Shown piece by piece: positions 45,146 through 63,371 of a stretch of 64,000 nucleotides of DNA. A program made the translations under genes and the position numbers. This DNA is from the human T2T-CHM13v2.0 reference genome, Homo sapiens: assembly GCF_009914755.1 (NCBI RefSeq), contig NC_060928.1; one strand, 5' to 3'. Position 1 is the stretch's first letter; each line of letters begins with the position of its first letter. The notes beneath the pieces are model-generated. The model was not told the origin of the DNA and did not search any database. It was given only the letters and a program-made list of their open reading frames with translations.

Positions 45146-48100
45146 ATCTATCATGTTTCTCCAGACTGATGCCTCTAGTCTCTAGTTCCATATACTTTAT
45201 AAGCTTTTTATTTTTTGTAGCCCTTGCCAAGTCCTACCAGGGCTCAGATCTGTTTCCAGTATTCTTTTTCCAACTTGAAGTAGACTCTGTAGGTGAACCC
45301 TAACTGATGTTATCTGTCTTCCGCTGCTGCTATGACCCCATTGTACCTGTGTTCTCCTCCCTTTTGTGTCATTCCTACTTGACTTCACTCAATCCTCAGC
45401 TCCACAGCCGACTATACTATTCTTGGATGATTACTTCCACTCTCAAAAATAAATTGAAGTTTATAGAATTTATTTATCAGTTATGCTACAAATGGCTTAG
45501 TTATGTAGCAATAGGCCATTTCTCTTGCCATAGATATATAGGTAGAGAGAGAGAATATACATACATATATAGATGGATGGATGGATGGATAGATAAATGA
45601 TAGGATAGATAGTTGGAAAGATTCAAATTTAGGCAGCTACCATTGTCCTATCTATCTTGTCTTAAAATTGAATCCTCATAGTTACAAATCTGAGATAGAG
45701 GATTTGCAATTCCATATGTCTTTAAAAATGTGTTATATTTTATATTTAAGTGCTACCTTAAATATTCTAATATATTAAAAAGCTTTATATTTGAAGACTA
45801 TGCAAAAGTATATGCAGAATTTCCAGGCTATCTTTGGTTTTGATGCCCCCTAAGGTTAAGGTTTTCTTAGAGGTAATAGGAAAAAATTTAAATGGACCTA
45901 AGAGTAGAAGAGACTTTCACCAAAGGTTGTCTAGGTTTTTGTTCAGTGAATGGACATATTATCTCATTCCATCAAGTGACACCAAAATGCTTTCCAAGTC
46001 TTGGTCAATCACTAGCATGGAAATAAGAAGGAAAAGATATCATCCACAGATGATCCTGGGAAAGGCTGTTACTTGTCCGGATGCCCTGCCTGAAAAACAG
46101 CATGGTCTTAAAAGCATTTTAATGCCCAAATACACTTTAAACATTTTAATTGTTCTTTTTCCAAAATTAAAATTGAGAAACATATAATACCTAGTAGATA
46201 TTACTGAACACTATATACATTTTAAATTTTCAAATTCTTTTTGCCCACAAAACTTTATTAGCAAACTTAACCCAAGGTTTTAAGAATTTTCCAAACTAAA
46301 TTAATTGTTCTTATTCCAAAGATGAAAATGCAGTGCACCCAGCAATCAAATGGTACCAAGTAAGTGGAGAAATAATTTTTCTCTCTACTAAAGTCCTGCA
46401 GGTAGCAACTGAACATCTACTGAGTGGATTAAAGATAATCTGTTATTTTTCCTTATCTAGGTAAAGGTTGAGAGACTGTCTTGCCTAGAGAACAGAAGGC
46501 AATATGGTTAGCCTCTCAAAAGTAGAGTATTAGCCAGGTAGGTATTATAGATGCAGTTTCTTTAATTGTTAACAGTAGTTTATTTTTCTTCATTATAACT
46601 GAAATACCTTCTTACTCAAACTGTGATTGATAAATCAGCAGCATTGACATCACCTGGGAGTTTGTTACAATTATAGAAACTCAAGTACTATAGAATCAGA
46701 ATCTACATTTTAACATGATCCACAATTGATTTCTAGTCACATTAGAATTTGAGAATCATTGGTATAATTTGTTCTTAAAAGACCTGACTCTTTAGTTAAC
46801 CCCATAAGAAAGATACCTGTTACAGCAAGATTATTACTTACAATTTATAATAGATTCAGAATTTTTTTGAAATAGTAATGAAGTCCACAAATTGCATACC
46901 ACTTAAATGAAAACTATTGTTGTTAAAAATATACAAAGATCAAGAAGAAATAGCCTTCACCTGTAAAGAACATACTAACATACAAGAGCTTTTTAAAATT
47001 AGGGATATAATCCCAAAACAAGGCACTTAGAAATAATTTCTATAAGAGATCCATAGGCTATAGAGGCAGCACTGAGGAGGTCAAGGAAGACTACATAAAG
47101 GAGTTAGCATTTGAACTGGTCTTTCAAGGACAGAGAGAATTAAAGATAATGATGATGAGCAAAATCTTAATAGGCAGGAAAACCCAAGCAATTTATCTAA
47201 AATAAAGTGTACTTATAAAGGGGCATAAACTAAAAGCTAGGAAGGTAGGATAAGACCAGATATATTGTAGGCCCCTTCTCCAATTTAGTCCCCTCTTCTC
47301 ATGGTAACAATCAGCATCCAAATGTGTAGGGTGTTTAAAATGTAATTTGTGGTAAAGGGGGAGGTTTTAGAACTAGACCAAGATATAGACCAAATCTTAG
47401 TTTTGACTTTTGTTAGATATGGGTCCTTAGTGAAATCAGTTGAACCTCTGAGCCTCATTGAATGTGGGTTATATTAATTCATGCACATAAAACATTCAGC
47501 ATGATGCCTGGTACCTAATAATTATTATGTATGATATTATTATTATTATGTATGATATTTTATTATTATGTATAATTATTATGTATGATAACATTATTCT
47601 CTCCTTCTGGGTTTTGGTATCCTGCCAGTTTTATCACCTGCCAAGTAGTGCAGTAAATATTTCATGCCTTCATTAGTTTTGCTCTGGAGTTATAGAAATC
47701 CCATGTGAAAATGAAATAATAGCAAAGAATGCATCTCTATCTCTCCAACAAAATGTGATATAGCAATTCCTTAACCAAAAGTAATGAAAAATGCCTTAGA
47801 TCTTAGACAGAGAATCATGTTATGTTAGAAGTTCTAACTATCATAAAGCATTAAGCCCCAAAGATGATTTCATCTCATCTATAAAATGGGAATAAAAGCC
47901 TACTTTTCAAAGTTGAAGGAAAGATAAAATTACATATATGAATTTTTACATCATTCAGTACAGGGCCTAGCATACAGTAAACATTGCATAAATGAGAGCT
48001 ATAATCAACAATAATAATTACTATTTTATCAATAAGCTAGATAAGCAGCTCTTATCCCAGTTCCACTTGAGTGCATCCCTTTTAATGCTGCTTAGTAGAA

Positions 48101-48349
48101 AAGTAGAATGGAACCTACAGAAGTGGACAGTGTTTAAGTTTTCCTGTCCATTCAAGCCCTGCAACTCTTCACTGGATGACTTTGAGAAGTCTCTTAAAAT
48201 TCTTTTTTGCCTCTCTACTGAAACCATCCTTGACAAGATCATGAAGTGTCTCTGCGTCAGCAAATCTAATCACTGAGTCTTGGTCCTCCTCTCACTTGAC
48301 GTTTTGGCAGGATTTGATAAAGCTGATACTCTCTCCTTGACAAACTTTC

Positions 48350-48792
48350 TTTTTTTTATTTTAATAGCTTTAGGGATACAAGTAGATTTCAGTTACATGG
48401 ATGAGTTGCATAATGGTGAAGTCTGGGTTTTTAATGTACATGTCACCTGAACAGCGTACATTGTACCCAGTAGGTAACGTTTTATCCCTCATTCCCTTCC
48501 CACCCTCCCCACTTCTGAGCTCCAATGTCCATTATACCACTCTGTATGCCTTTGCATACCCATAGCTTAGCTCCTACTTATAAGTAAGAATATGGGGTAT
48601 TTGGTTTTCTATTTCTGAGTTAGTTCACTTAGAACAATGGCCTTCAGTTCCATCCAAGTTGCTGCAAATGACATTATTTCATTCTTTTTTATGGATGAGT
48701 AGTATTCCATGGTATAAATATACCACATTTTCTTTATCCATTCATTGGTTAATGGCCACTTAGGTTGATTCCATATTATTGCAATTGTGAAC
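48350..48792 (-). mobile_element. L1 (MA/PB) 3' fragment inserted in an L2
   Basis: L1 3' UTR motifs with L2-like flanks. Confidence 0.8.
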
Positions 48793-49089
48793 TGCCTGAC
48801 ATACTTCCTTAAAGCTTCAGCGACATCACTATTTTCCTTGGTTCTTCTTCCACATAACTTGCTGCTCTTTCTACCACACTTCTGTGAGCACCTCTTTTCT
48901 TAACTCTTGATGTTGAAGTACTCTAGGGATAGGCAGCACTTCCTTTATCTTCTCTATCTACTACCAACTAACTCCGTGCTGAATGTGTTCAGAGCTATGG
49001 CTTCAAATGTAATTATAGCTAGATCACTACCCAATGTATATCTGTAGCCCTGGCCTCTCAAGTGAGCTACATACTCATATCCATATCCA

Positions 49090-49560
49090 ATTTCCTAGCC
49101 TGATTTCCAGGGCTGCTATAACAGATTACCACAAAGTTGGTGGCTTAAAACAACAGATATTTATTCTCTGACAGCCCTGGAGGCCAGAAGTCTGAAACCA
49201 AGGTGATGGCAGGACTGTGAACCAACTGAAGGCCATAGAGGAGAATCCTTCTTGCCTCTTCCAGCTTCTAGTGACTTCAAGCATTCCTTGGTTTGTGGCT
49301 GCATAACTCCTATCTCTGCCTCTATCTTCACATGGGCTTCTCTTCTGTCTTGTGCCTGTGTCTTCTCCTCTCTTGTCTCCTTGTCATTGGATTTAGGGTC
49401 ATCCAGATAATCCAGATAATCCAGGATGATATCATTTAGAGATCTTTAACTTAATTACAACTGCAAATATCTTTTTTTTTCAAATAAAGTTATATTCATA
49501 GCTTACAGAAATTAAAACGTGGACATATCTTTCTTAGGGGCCACTATTCAACTTACAACA
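49090..49560 (-). mobile_element. MLT1B/C LTR within L2
   Basis: gggctgctataacagattaccacaaagttggtggcttaaaacaacag...ccactattcaac. Confidence 0.82.
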
Positions 49561-50070
49561 CAAATCATCTGCAGACTCTACTTACAAATATTAATATAAC
49601 CCAATCCCAACCACTTCCAACATTTTCATGGCTTCCAATCCAGTTCAGCCACCATCATCTCTTGTCTTTGCATGCCTACATAACTGGTCTCCCTGCTTCT
49701 GCCTCTTCATAGTCAATTCTCTCTTCATTGCAGAGTGGTCTTTCAAAATGCAAATAGGATCACGTCTCTTTCTTCCTGAAATTTCTTCAATACTTTCCCA
49801 TCATACTTAAAATCCAAAGTCCTCACCAAAGGCCTCCAAGGCCCTACAGACTCTGGCCTCCCCCAGCCCTCCAAGCTCATCTTCTACTACCATCTTCCTC
49901 TGTCACTCAGGCCAAGCCATGGTGGTTTATTGCTCTTCCTTCACTACCCCAGGTGTGTTTCCCTTGGAGCCAGGGATATATTCTTCCCCCCACCGACTCC
50001 CACCAGTCTCTCTCCCATACTTCTTTCAGGTTGCTGCTCAAATAGCATGTCTTCAAAAGACCCTCTCTGA

Positions 50071-50387
<317 letters not shown>

Positions 50388-52060
50388 TCTGACCATGCTT
50401 TCTAAATGCCCTCATCTGATCACCCTCTATTGCCTTATCCTGCTACTGTTCTGTGTAGCACTAATCACTACCTGCCATTGTGTGTCCCCTTTACCACCCC
50501 CGCTATGTCTCTTTCTTTAGAGCTGAGGCTTTGTCTTCTTCACCTCTGTTTCCATAGTACCTATAGCAGTCTCTGAAGAATCACAGGTATTGAAAAACTA
50601 TTTGTTGAATGAATAAATGAAAGAATAGTTCCTACAAAAGGTCAAAAAGGCAGGAGATTTTTGGGTGCAACAAAGGCATACTAATCTACAACATACTTTT
50701 CTTCATGTGTCTATTAATTTAATTTTGAATTTACATAAGAGATAAACTGGCAATTCCCCTCTTTTTTCCTATTCTTTTTCTGTAAATAAGGCAATAATAT
50801 ATCTTAGATATGTGGTGCACAGAGAAGGCAAAAGGAAAACTTGAGGTAATTACCTAATTCAAAATAGAGGCATATTTGTCATTTCAATTATCTGAATATT
50901 TCACCAATGTTTTGGAGAGGCTTAAAATATTTCAGTAGTGGCTTGAGTTGCTTTATAAGCACTACCTTAGAAAAGAAGATATTTATTAATTAACAAGCTT
51001 TTTCACCTACCTCTCTTCTTTTATGTCTTTTACCAGTTTTCATTCATCCAGGATTGAAGCATCACAAAAGAGGGACTCCTCCCTATTTGGACAGTTTCGT
51101 TTGTTTTTATTCCTACAAAAAGTGGCGATCTTAAGGTTATATGAGTCATTCAGGAACTAAGTCAGCACATGCATGCATGCAAGCAGTGTAGTGTTCATTC
51201 TGGACACAGAACCTGACATTTAGAAGTCTTAATTTTCCCTGCTCACAGCAATTAGTTTGTAACAGGGCTACCAGTGTTCTTACTGTAGATTAATTGAAAA
51301 TTTCTCTGGTCTTGCAGTGGTACTTTCATGGTAGGTCTGTGCTAGATAGATAAAAAGGGGTCTGGAGCCAAGATGAGGCTTGCAAATCTGAGAAGGTTCA
51401 CCCTTGACCTACCCCCAGTGGGTAATCCACCTCTGATAAACACTATAGTCTTCTAGAGCACAGTTTCATCTGTAGGTTTGTTTTTGTTTTTTCTTTCTGG
51501 TGATGAGTAATTTAAAACTTTTATAAGAAGTTTTTACATAAATTTTAAAGATAGAATCCAGATTTCAAAGATATAATATACCTATAGTGGACCTCAGAAT
51601 GCCTAAACTGTGGAGGGCACCTTTACTCTCCTCTGTGGGAAGGAGTGTTTCCATGGAGACATTTCAGCAGCACTGGCAGATAACACTATGTTCCAGAAGC
51701 ATTAGTCAGGAGCACAATTTCTACCTGAATTTCCACTCTAAATGGTTATCCCATTCAAAGCTTTGAGTTAGCGTATACAGAAAGTTATAATACACCTGCC
51801 CAGTATCCATAATCTAAAAAGCAATTACAATCAGAACAAGTAACAACTGACCAAGAAGCAATGGACAGAGAGACATTTTAGAGCCGGGAGATGCTGTTCA
51901 GAGGTTCTTAAATGGTACTTCTTTAAAATCTTAGTTTTCAGCACATTAGACAAAGTAATTTAAATCTAATGTTGAACACTGACACTTTTTTTCAGTGCAA
52001 AAAAATACTTAGCCAGAGGATAAAATCTTTGGAATTTCAAGCTTTCTAAAGAAAGCAATC

Positions 52061-52420
<360 letters not shown>

Positions 52421-53579
52421 TTATCTGCTACTGTTATCCTATGACTAATTGAATGGATGTGTTCTATTATTTTCAGTGACTGTTGTTATTGTGTAACCTA
52501 ATGTTTTCTGCTTGTAAATTTGTTACCTATTCATTTTATGAAATTAAATAAATATGTATTTCACAAAATTACACTGACTTCCAGTATTGCTACTGTCTGA
52601 ATAAGTTTGAGAACAACTTACCAAGTCTAATTACCTTGTTTTTTGATTAAAACTCAGATGTTGTTACACAGAAAGAAAAGTTATGGAAAAAAGCTAAGAT
52701 TAGAATCTGGGTCTTCCACCTCAGATACTATGTTTCTTTCATTGTTCTTGACATATTGTGGACTATAGAGATTTTATTTCTTATGCTAGATGTCAAACAT
52801 ACTATATGATGATAGCCTTTTGTGCATAGAAAAAGTGGAAATATATACAAAGGTACAATTACCTAAGAAACAGTGCTGCTTTCTCTGGATAATCCACAGG
52901 CAAAAAGTAAGCAAAGTTTAGACCTGGCAGCCCACTGATTAAAAAATCAAAATAAAACAAGTATAACAATTTGATGGTAATGAGAAGAAAATAACATTCT
53001 CACACTCACAAGTACTCACTCCTGCTATGATATTGGTTAGAATAATCAAGGCAGCCAGGGATGAAAGAAGGCAAGACAAGCAACTCTGAAGGAGCAAAAG
53101 GACACCAATGAGTTCTTTGGTTTCCCAAATTAAAAAAAAAAAAATCTCTTATTCTCAAAGAAAGAAAGAATATCTATGCATAGTTGTGGAGCATATAACA
53201 AGATTGGGGTCAGAGATTAACTGGAGCCTACCCTCATCCTGTTCTCTAGGTCAAAATTTGGGACTTTCTTCCAGCAATTGATCAGGAATAAGAACAGGAT
53301 GTTATGCTGAGAGAACCCTAGTCTGAGACCAAACTGAGTCAGGTCACCTAGCTTTAGCAGGGAACTGCCATAAGCTAGTTTTGTAAGTAAAGGCAATTGA
53401 GCTCCCTGAGCTTCCATTTCCGCATCTGAAAAGAAAAATGTTTTTAAAATATCTATCAGATCTATAGTCTAGAAAGGGATAAAAAGAACCTCTTCTCATT
53501 TCTCTTCCCAAAAGACATTTCATCATTTCCTTCTGGCTAAGGGCAACAAAGTCTATTGTTTACTGAACTCAATCAATGG

Positions 53580-55530
53580 AATTTTATTGATACATAATAT
53601 TTTTACATATTTATGGGCATACGTAATATTTTCTTACATGCGTAAAAATGTGTAATGGTCAAGTCAGGGTATTTCGAGTATTTATCACCTCCAATATTTA
53701 TCACTTCTATGTGTTGGGAACATTTCAAATCCTTTCTTCTATTTTGAAATAAATGATACATTGTTGTTAACTATAGTCACCCTCCTCTGCTATTGAACAT
53801 TGGAAATTATTTTTTCTGTATAACTGTATGTTTGTAACCAATAACCAATCTCTTTTAATCCCCCCACTTCCAGCCACACACCCTTCCTGTCATCTGGGAA
53901 CATTCTACTCTACATCTATAAAATCAACTTTTTTAGTTCCAACATATTCGTGAGAACATGTGATATTTATCTTTCTGTGCCTGGTTTAGTTTGCTTAACA
54001 TAATTACCTCCAGTTCCACCCATGTTGCTGCAAATGACATGATTTCATTTCATATGGCTGAAAAACATTCCATTGTGTATATATACCATATTTTCTTTAT
54101 CCATACGTTTGTCAATGGACACTCAGGTTGACTCCATATCTTTGCTATTGTGAATAACACAGCAATAAGCATAGGGGTGCAGGTACCCCTTTGATAAACT
54201 GACTTCCTTTCCTTTAGATAAATACTCAGTAGTGGGATTGCTAGATCATATGGTAGTTCTATTTTTTAATTTTTAAATAAATCTTTATGTTGTTTTCCAT
54301 AGTGGCTGTACTGATTTATATTTCTGCCAACAGTGTATAAGTGTTCCCTTCTCTGCATCCTCATCAGCATCTGTTTTTTACCCATCTATTTAACAATAGC
54401 CATTTTAACTAGGGTAAGGTGATATCTCATTGTTGTTTTGCTTTGTATTTCCCTGGTGATTCTGGGGTTGAATATTTTTTCATATACTGTTGGCCATTTG
54501 TAGGACTTCTTTTGAGAAATGTCTATTATGTCCTATGTCCCCCTTTTATTGTTTTTTTTAACTGTTGTTTGAGTTGCTTATATATTCTGCATATTAGTCA
54601 TTTGTCAGGTGAATAGTTTGCAAAATTTTTCTCCTATTCAACAGGCTATCTTTTCACTCTGTCAGTTGTTTACTTTGCTGTACAGAAGCTTTTTAGTTTA
54701 GTTAGTTTAGTACAGTCCCTTTTGTCTATTTTTGTTTTTATTTCCTATGCTTTTAAGATTTTAACCATAAAATCTTTGTCTAGGACGACGTCTTGAAGTG
54801 TTTCACCTATTTTTTCTTCTACTAGTTTTACAGTTTCAGGTCTTACATTGAGGTATTTAATTCATCTTGGGTTGAATTTTGTATATGGTGAGAAATAGGG
54901 GTTGTTTTATTCTTCTATGTATAGATAACTAGTTTTCCCAGTACCATTTATTGAAGAGACTGTATGTTCTTAACACCTTTGTTGAAAATCAGTTGGCTGT
55001 AAATACACAATTTCTCAGTTCTCTATTCTGTTCAATTGGTCTATGTGTATATATTTTTACCAATTCCATGCTGTTTTTGTTACAATAGCCCTGTAATATA
55101 TTTTAAATTCAGGTAATGTGATGCCTTCAGATTTATTCTTTGTGCCAAAGATTACTTTGGCCATTTGGAGTCTTTTGTGGTTCCATACAAATTTTAGGAT
55201 AATTTTTCTATTTTTCTGGATAATGACATGGTAATTTGGTAGAGACTGCATTGAATCTGTACGTTGCTTTGGGTAGTATGGTCATTTAAGAAATATTAAT
55301 TATTATGATCCACAAGTATGGTATATCATTCTATTTGTTTGTGTGCTCTTCAATTTCTTTCACCATTGTTTTCTAGTTTTCACTGTGAATATCTTTCTTC
55401 TCCTTGGTTAAATTTATTCCTAGGTATTTTCTTTTTTATTTTTGTAGCATTGTAAATGGAATTGCCTTCTTGATTTCTTTCTAAGGCAGTTCATTATTGG
55501 TATACAGAAATGCTACTGATTTAAAATTTT
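53580..55530 (-). mobile_element. L1MA 3' fragment
   Basis: L1MA 3' UTR plus ORF2 end ([19 protein letters not shown]). Confidence 0.87.
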
Positions 55531-55633
55531 TTAAACTTTTGTGGGTACATTGGTGTATATATCTATGGGGTACATGAGATATTTTGATACAGCCATACAA
55601 TACACAGTGGTCACATCAGAGTAAATAGGGTAT

Positions 55634-57905
55634 TGTATTAGTCCATGTTCATGCTGTTGATAAAGACGTCCTCAAGACTGAGAAGAAAAAAAGGTTTAAT
55701 GGACTTACAGTTCCATGTGGCTGGGGACTCCTCACAACCATGGAAGGTGAAAGACATATCCCACATGGTGGCAGACAAGAGAAGAGAGCTTGTGCAGGGA
55801 AACTCCCATTTTTGTAAAAACCATCAGATTTTATGAGACTTATTCACTATCACAAGAAAAGCACAGGAAAGACTTGCCCTCATGATTCACTCATCTCCCA
55901 CCAGGTCCCTCCCACAACATGTGGAAATTATGGGAACTACAAGATGAGATTTGGGTGGGCACACAGAGCCAAACCATATCCTTTCACCCCTGGCCCCTCT
56001 CAAATCTCATGTCCTCACGTTTCAAAACCAATCATGCCTTCCCAACAGTCCCCCAAAGTCTCAACTCATTTCAGAATTAACTCAAAAGTCCACAGTCCAG
56101 AGTCTCATCTGAGACGATGCAAGTCCCTTCTACTGATGAGCCTGTAAAATCAAAAGCAAGTTAGTTAGTTCTAGATACAGTGGAGTACAAGCATTGAGTA
56201 AATACAGCCATTCCAAATGTGAGACACTGGCCAAAATAACGTGGCTACAAGCCCCATGAAAGTCCAAAATCCAGTGGGGCAGTCAAATCTTAAATCTCCA
56301 AAATGATTTCCTTTGACTCCACGTCTCACATCCAGGTCATGCTGATGCAAGAGGTGGGTTTCCACGGTCTTGGACAGCTCTGCCCTTGTGGCTTTGCCAG
56401 GTACAGCCTCCCTCCGGGCTGCTTTCATGAGCTGGCATTGAGTTTCTGCAGCTTTTCCAGGTGCATGATGCAAGCTGTCAGTGTATCTACCATTCTGGGG
56501 TCTGGAGGATGGTGGCCTCCTTCTCACAGCTCCACTAGGTTGTGCTCCAGTAGGGACTCTGTGTGGGGGCTTCAACCCCACATTTTCCTTCCACATTGCC
56601 CTAGCAGAAATTCTCCATGAGAGCCCCACCCCTGCAGCAAACTTCTGCCTGGACATCCAGGCACTTCCATACATCTTCTGAAACCCAGGTGGAGATTTCC
56701 AAACACCATTTCTTGACTTCTGTGCACTGGCAGGCTCAACACCACATGGAAGCTGCCAAGGTTTGGGGCTTGCACCCTCTGAAGCCACAACCTAAGCTCT
56801 GCATTAGCCCTTTCAGCCATGGCTGGAGTGACTAGGACATAGGGCACCAAGTCCCTAGGCTGCATACAGCATGGAGACCCTGGGGCTGGCCCACTAAACC
56901 ACTTTTTCCTCCTCGGCCTCTGGGCTTGTGATGGAAGGGGCTGCCATGAAGACCTCTGACATGCTCTGGAGACATTTTCCCCATTGTCTTCGGGATTAAC
57001 ATTCAGGTCCTCATTACCTATGCAAATTTCTGTAGCCAGCTTGGATTTCTCCTCAGAAAATGGGCTTTTCTTTTCTATTGCATTGTCAGGCTGCAAATTT
57101 TCCAAACTTTTATTCTCTGTTTCCCTTTTAAAACTGAGTGCCTTTAACAGTACTCAAGTCACTTCTTGAATGTTTTGCTGATTAGAAATTTTTTCCACCA
57201 GATACCCTAAATCATCTCTCTCAAGTTCAAATTTCCACAAATCTCTAGAGCAGGGGCAAAATGCTGCCAGTATCTTTGCTAAAACATAACAAGAGTCACC
57301 TTTGCTCCAATTCCCAACAAGTTCCTTATTTCCATCTGAGACCACCTCAGCCCTAACCTTATTGTCCATATCGCTATCAGGATTTTGTTCAAGGCCATTC
57401 AACAAGCATCTAGGAAGCTCCACACTTTCCTGCATTTTTCTGTCTTCTTCTGAGCCCTCCAAACAATTTCAACCTCTGCTTGTTAACCAGTTTCAAAGTT
57501 GCATCCACATTTTTGGGTATCTTTTCAGCAACGCCCCACTCTGCTAGTACCAATTTACGTATTAATCTGCTTTCATACTGCTGATAAAGACATACACGAG
57601 ACTGAAGTAAAAAACGTTTAATGGACTTACAGTTCCATGTGGCTGCGAATGACTCACAATTATGGTGGAATGTGAAAGGCATGTCTCACATGGCAGGAGA
57701 TAAGAGAAGAGAGCTTGTGCAGGGAAACTCCCATTTTTTTCAAAGCCATCAGATCTTGTGAGACTTATTCACTATCATAAGAAGAGGATGGGAAAGACCT
57801 GGCCCCAGGATTCAGTCATCTCCAACTGGGTCCCTCTCACAACACATGGGAATTATGGGAGCTACAAGATGAGTTTGGGTGGGGACACAGAACCAAACCA
57901 TATTA
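55634..57905 (-). mobile_element. Full THE1 element (LTR-int-LTR) nested in an L1MA (about 55530-58845)
   Basis: LTRs at 55634-55981 and about 57559-57905, 1.6-kb THE1 internal region, TSD GGTAT/GATAT; L1 sequence rejoins across it. Confidence 0.93.
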
Positions 57906-58844
57906 GATATCCATCACCTCAAGCAATTATTTTTTCTTTGTGTTATAAACAATTCTATTATACTCTTTTAAATATACAACAAATTATTGACTGTAGTCAC
58001 CCTGTTGTGCTATCAAATACTAGATTTTATTCATTCTATCTAACTATGTTTTTGTACCAATTAGCTGTGCTCAATTCCTCCTGCCACTCGTTTCCCAGTC
58101 TCTGGTAACCATCATTCTACTGTCTATTTTTCGTGGGTTCAACTGTTTTAATTTTTAGCTTCCACAATTAAGTGAAAAATGAAAAATATGTCTTCTATAC
58201 CTGGCTAATTTCACTTATTATAATGTCCTCCAGTTCCATCCATGTTGTTGCAAATGACAGGATCTCATTATTTTTTATGGCTGAATACTACTCCATTGTG
58301 TAAACATACCACATTTTCTTTATCTTGTTATCTGTTGATGGACACCTAGGTTGCTTCCAAATCCTGGCTATTGTGAATAGTGCTGTAATAAGCATGAGAG
58401 TACAGATATTTCTTCAATATACTAATTTCCTTTCTTTTGGGTGTATGCCTAACAATGGAATTCCTGGATCATATGATAGTTCTACTTTTAGTTGTTTGAA
58501 GAACCTCTGAACTGTTCTCCATTGTGATTGTACTAATTTATGTTCATACCAACAGTGTATGAGAGTTCTTTCTCTGTGTCCTTGTCAGCATTTCTTATTG
58601 CCTGTCTTTTGAATAAAAGCCATTTTAATTAGTAAGATGATATCTCATTGTAGTTTTGATTTGCATTTCTCTGATGATCAATTATGTTGAGCATCTTTTC
58701 ATATATCTGTTTGCCATTTGTAAGTTTTTTTTTTAGGAATGTCTATTCAGATCATTTGCCCATATTTTAATCAGATCATTTGTTTTTTCCTATAGAGTTG
58801 TTTGAGCTAATTACATATTCTGGTTATTTATCCTTTATCAGACA

Positions 58845-59480
58845 CAGTTTCACCTTAACATTTGGCTTATGATAAGGAGTCCAGCAACCACCATGAGACA
58901 CATTTTGTCCCAAACTCAATTCTAAACTTCAGGTCAAAGCCCTAGGAAAGAAAACTGGATCTAAGTGATCCAGAGGCAGATGACAATAGAAGTTAAAAGG
59001 CACAGTGCAAGTAAACATGGCTGATTCCTGCCAATAAAGCCAAACCCAAGCTTCCTGTTTCATGGATAAAGGCCATGTTAGTATCTGTGGCATAAATGAG
59101 GTCTAGGGAATTCAAGGCTACTGACACCAGGAGAAATACGGTGTATGTGGGTAAAAGCAGACGATTTCCACCTTCTAGGCCCCCCTGCTTCATGGGTGCA
59201 AGTCACTTTAACACCCGTGGCGGCACCTGCCAAGTTCGCTGGGACTTGGGAATGGAAGAGGGAAAGAGGATACTCTTCCCTCTCTCCCTCATGTACCCTG
59301 GGTATCTGCTAGGAAGAGAAGGGAACCAGGCATACCTGCTCCCCTCTTTCTAGATAGGAAGCCATTCATCTTCAGTCTGTACCCCTTTCAAATGCATCCT
59401 GAACCCCTGGGATTCCTTTGAAAAAATGCCTTCTTTTTCCCTTTCTCCTTCTCAGTTCTCTCTTCGCTGATAAATAATTG
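58845..59480. mobile_element. ERV1-class internal fragment without LTRs (HUERS-P/MER4-group-like)
   Basis: Recalled ERV leader motifs: tgtcccaaactcaattc, gccctaggaaagaaaactggatct, ggcataaatgaggtctagggaa. Confidence 0.5.
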
Positions 59481-59481
59481 C

Positions 59482-59568
59482 TATATATATATATATACAT
59501 ATATATATATACACACATATATATATACATATATATATACACATATATATATACACATATATATATAT
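59482..59568. repeat. (TA)n/(TACA) microsatellite
   Basis: Direct inspection. Confidence 0.95.
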
Positions 59569-59569
59569 C

Positions 59570-62340
<2,771 letters not shown>

Positions 62341-63371
62341 AAGAAACGGGAAAGAGGCTAGGAGAAGACCTAGAAAGAGAGATCCTCTGGAACACCGAGC
62401 TGTGGTGAAAAAGAACAGCCCCAGATTTCAAAACTTAAAAGAAAGACATCTTTTCTCCTCATAGCTCTCAGGAATTTATCTCTAACTGTACAAATGTGAT
62501 TCAAAGAATCTTGCCTGAGTCACCAGTTTTCTATCTGCTTATAGATATCCAATACAGATTGTACAGAATGTAAGGGTACAAAAGGGAAATAAAGTCCAGT
62601 ATTTTCATTAATGATATCAAAATATTTCATATTTTGCCATAGAAAAATACAGAAAATAGAAAACACAATTTTTTTCCTTATGAGACAAAGAACAAAATGT
62701 ACAAATAGAAGATAAAATTTGAAAATTACGATTTTATCTAGCTTAAATTTGGAAACCTTCAGCTGGGAGCATCTACTAGACCCTACACAGGAATTTGACC
62801 ACAACTTTGCTTTAAATGATGTATTAATTTTAAATTGAACTATTTTTTAAAAACCTCTTTGGTAAATGAATCTCATTCCTAAAAGATTTATTCATCAAAG
62901 CTCCATTGTATTTCCAGTGTTCTTGGAGCTGTGGGAAATATTACAAGAGCAATCAGAAATTAAATTCAATTGTTTCTTCTGCTTAGTGGGGAGAATTTAA
63001 CTACTGTGTCTACATAATTTCTTATTTTCTCATGTAGGAGACCCAGGCTTGATAATATTCTGATTAATGGTTCAGTATATTTGAGAATCCAAAGACAAAA
63101 TACTAAAACGAAGTCAATCAAAACCCCCTTTCCCTGAATTTTTGCAGGAACAATTAATCTCAATTGAGACTAAAAGCCAAAGGGGAATAGCTAGCACATT
63201 ATTAGTTCAGTTTTATATACTTTGATGAAAAGCTCATTATTTTCTTCTGATTAATTAGTATGCATCACTCAAAGATGTGAAAAATATTTAAAAAGTTAAA
63301 GTGAAGATATTTTTAAAGAAACCTTTTGTTCCTCAGTTTAGTTTATTTGTTACACTAAAAACAGCAATAAT

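Noticed and set aside
47519-47598. Short AT-rich direct repeats (TATTATTATGTATGATA), and the 21-bp duplication at 22807-22845, as an array-like system
   Set aside because: Ordinary slippage repeats with no unique spacers in a eukaryotic context; no CRISPR or other prokaryotic system seen.
56171-57462. 205-, 177- and 102-aa ORFs
   Set aside because: Remnants of the THE1 internal region, not host genes.
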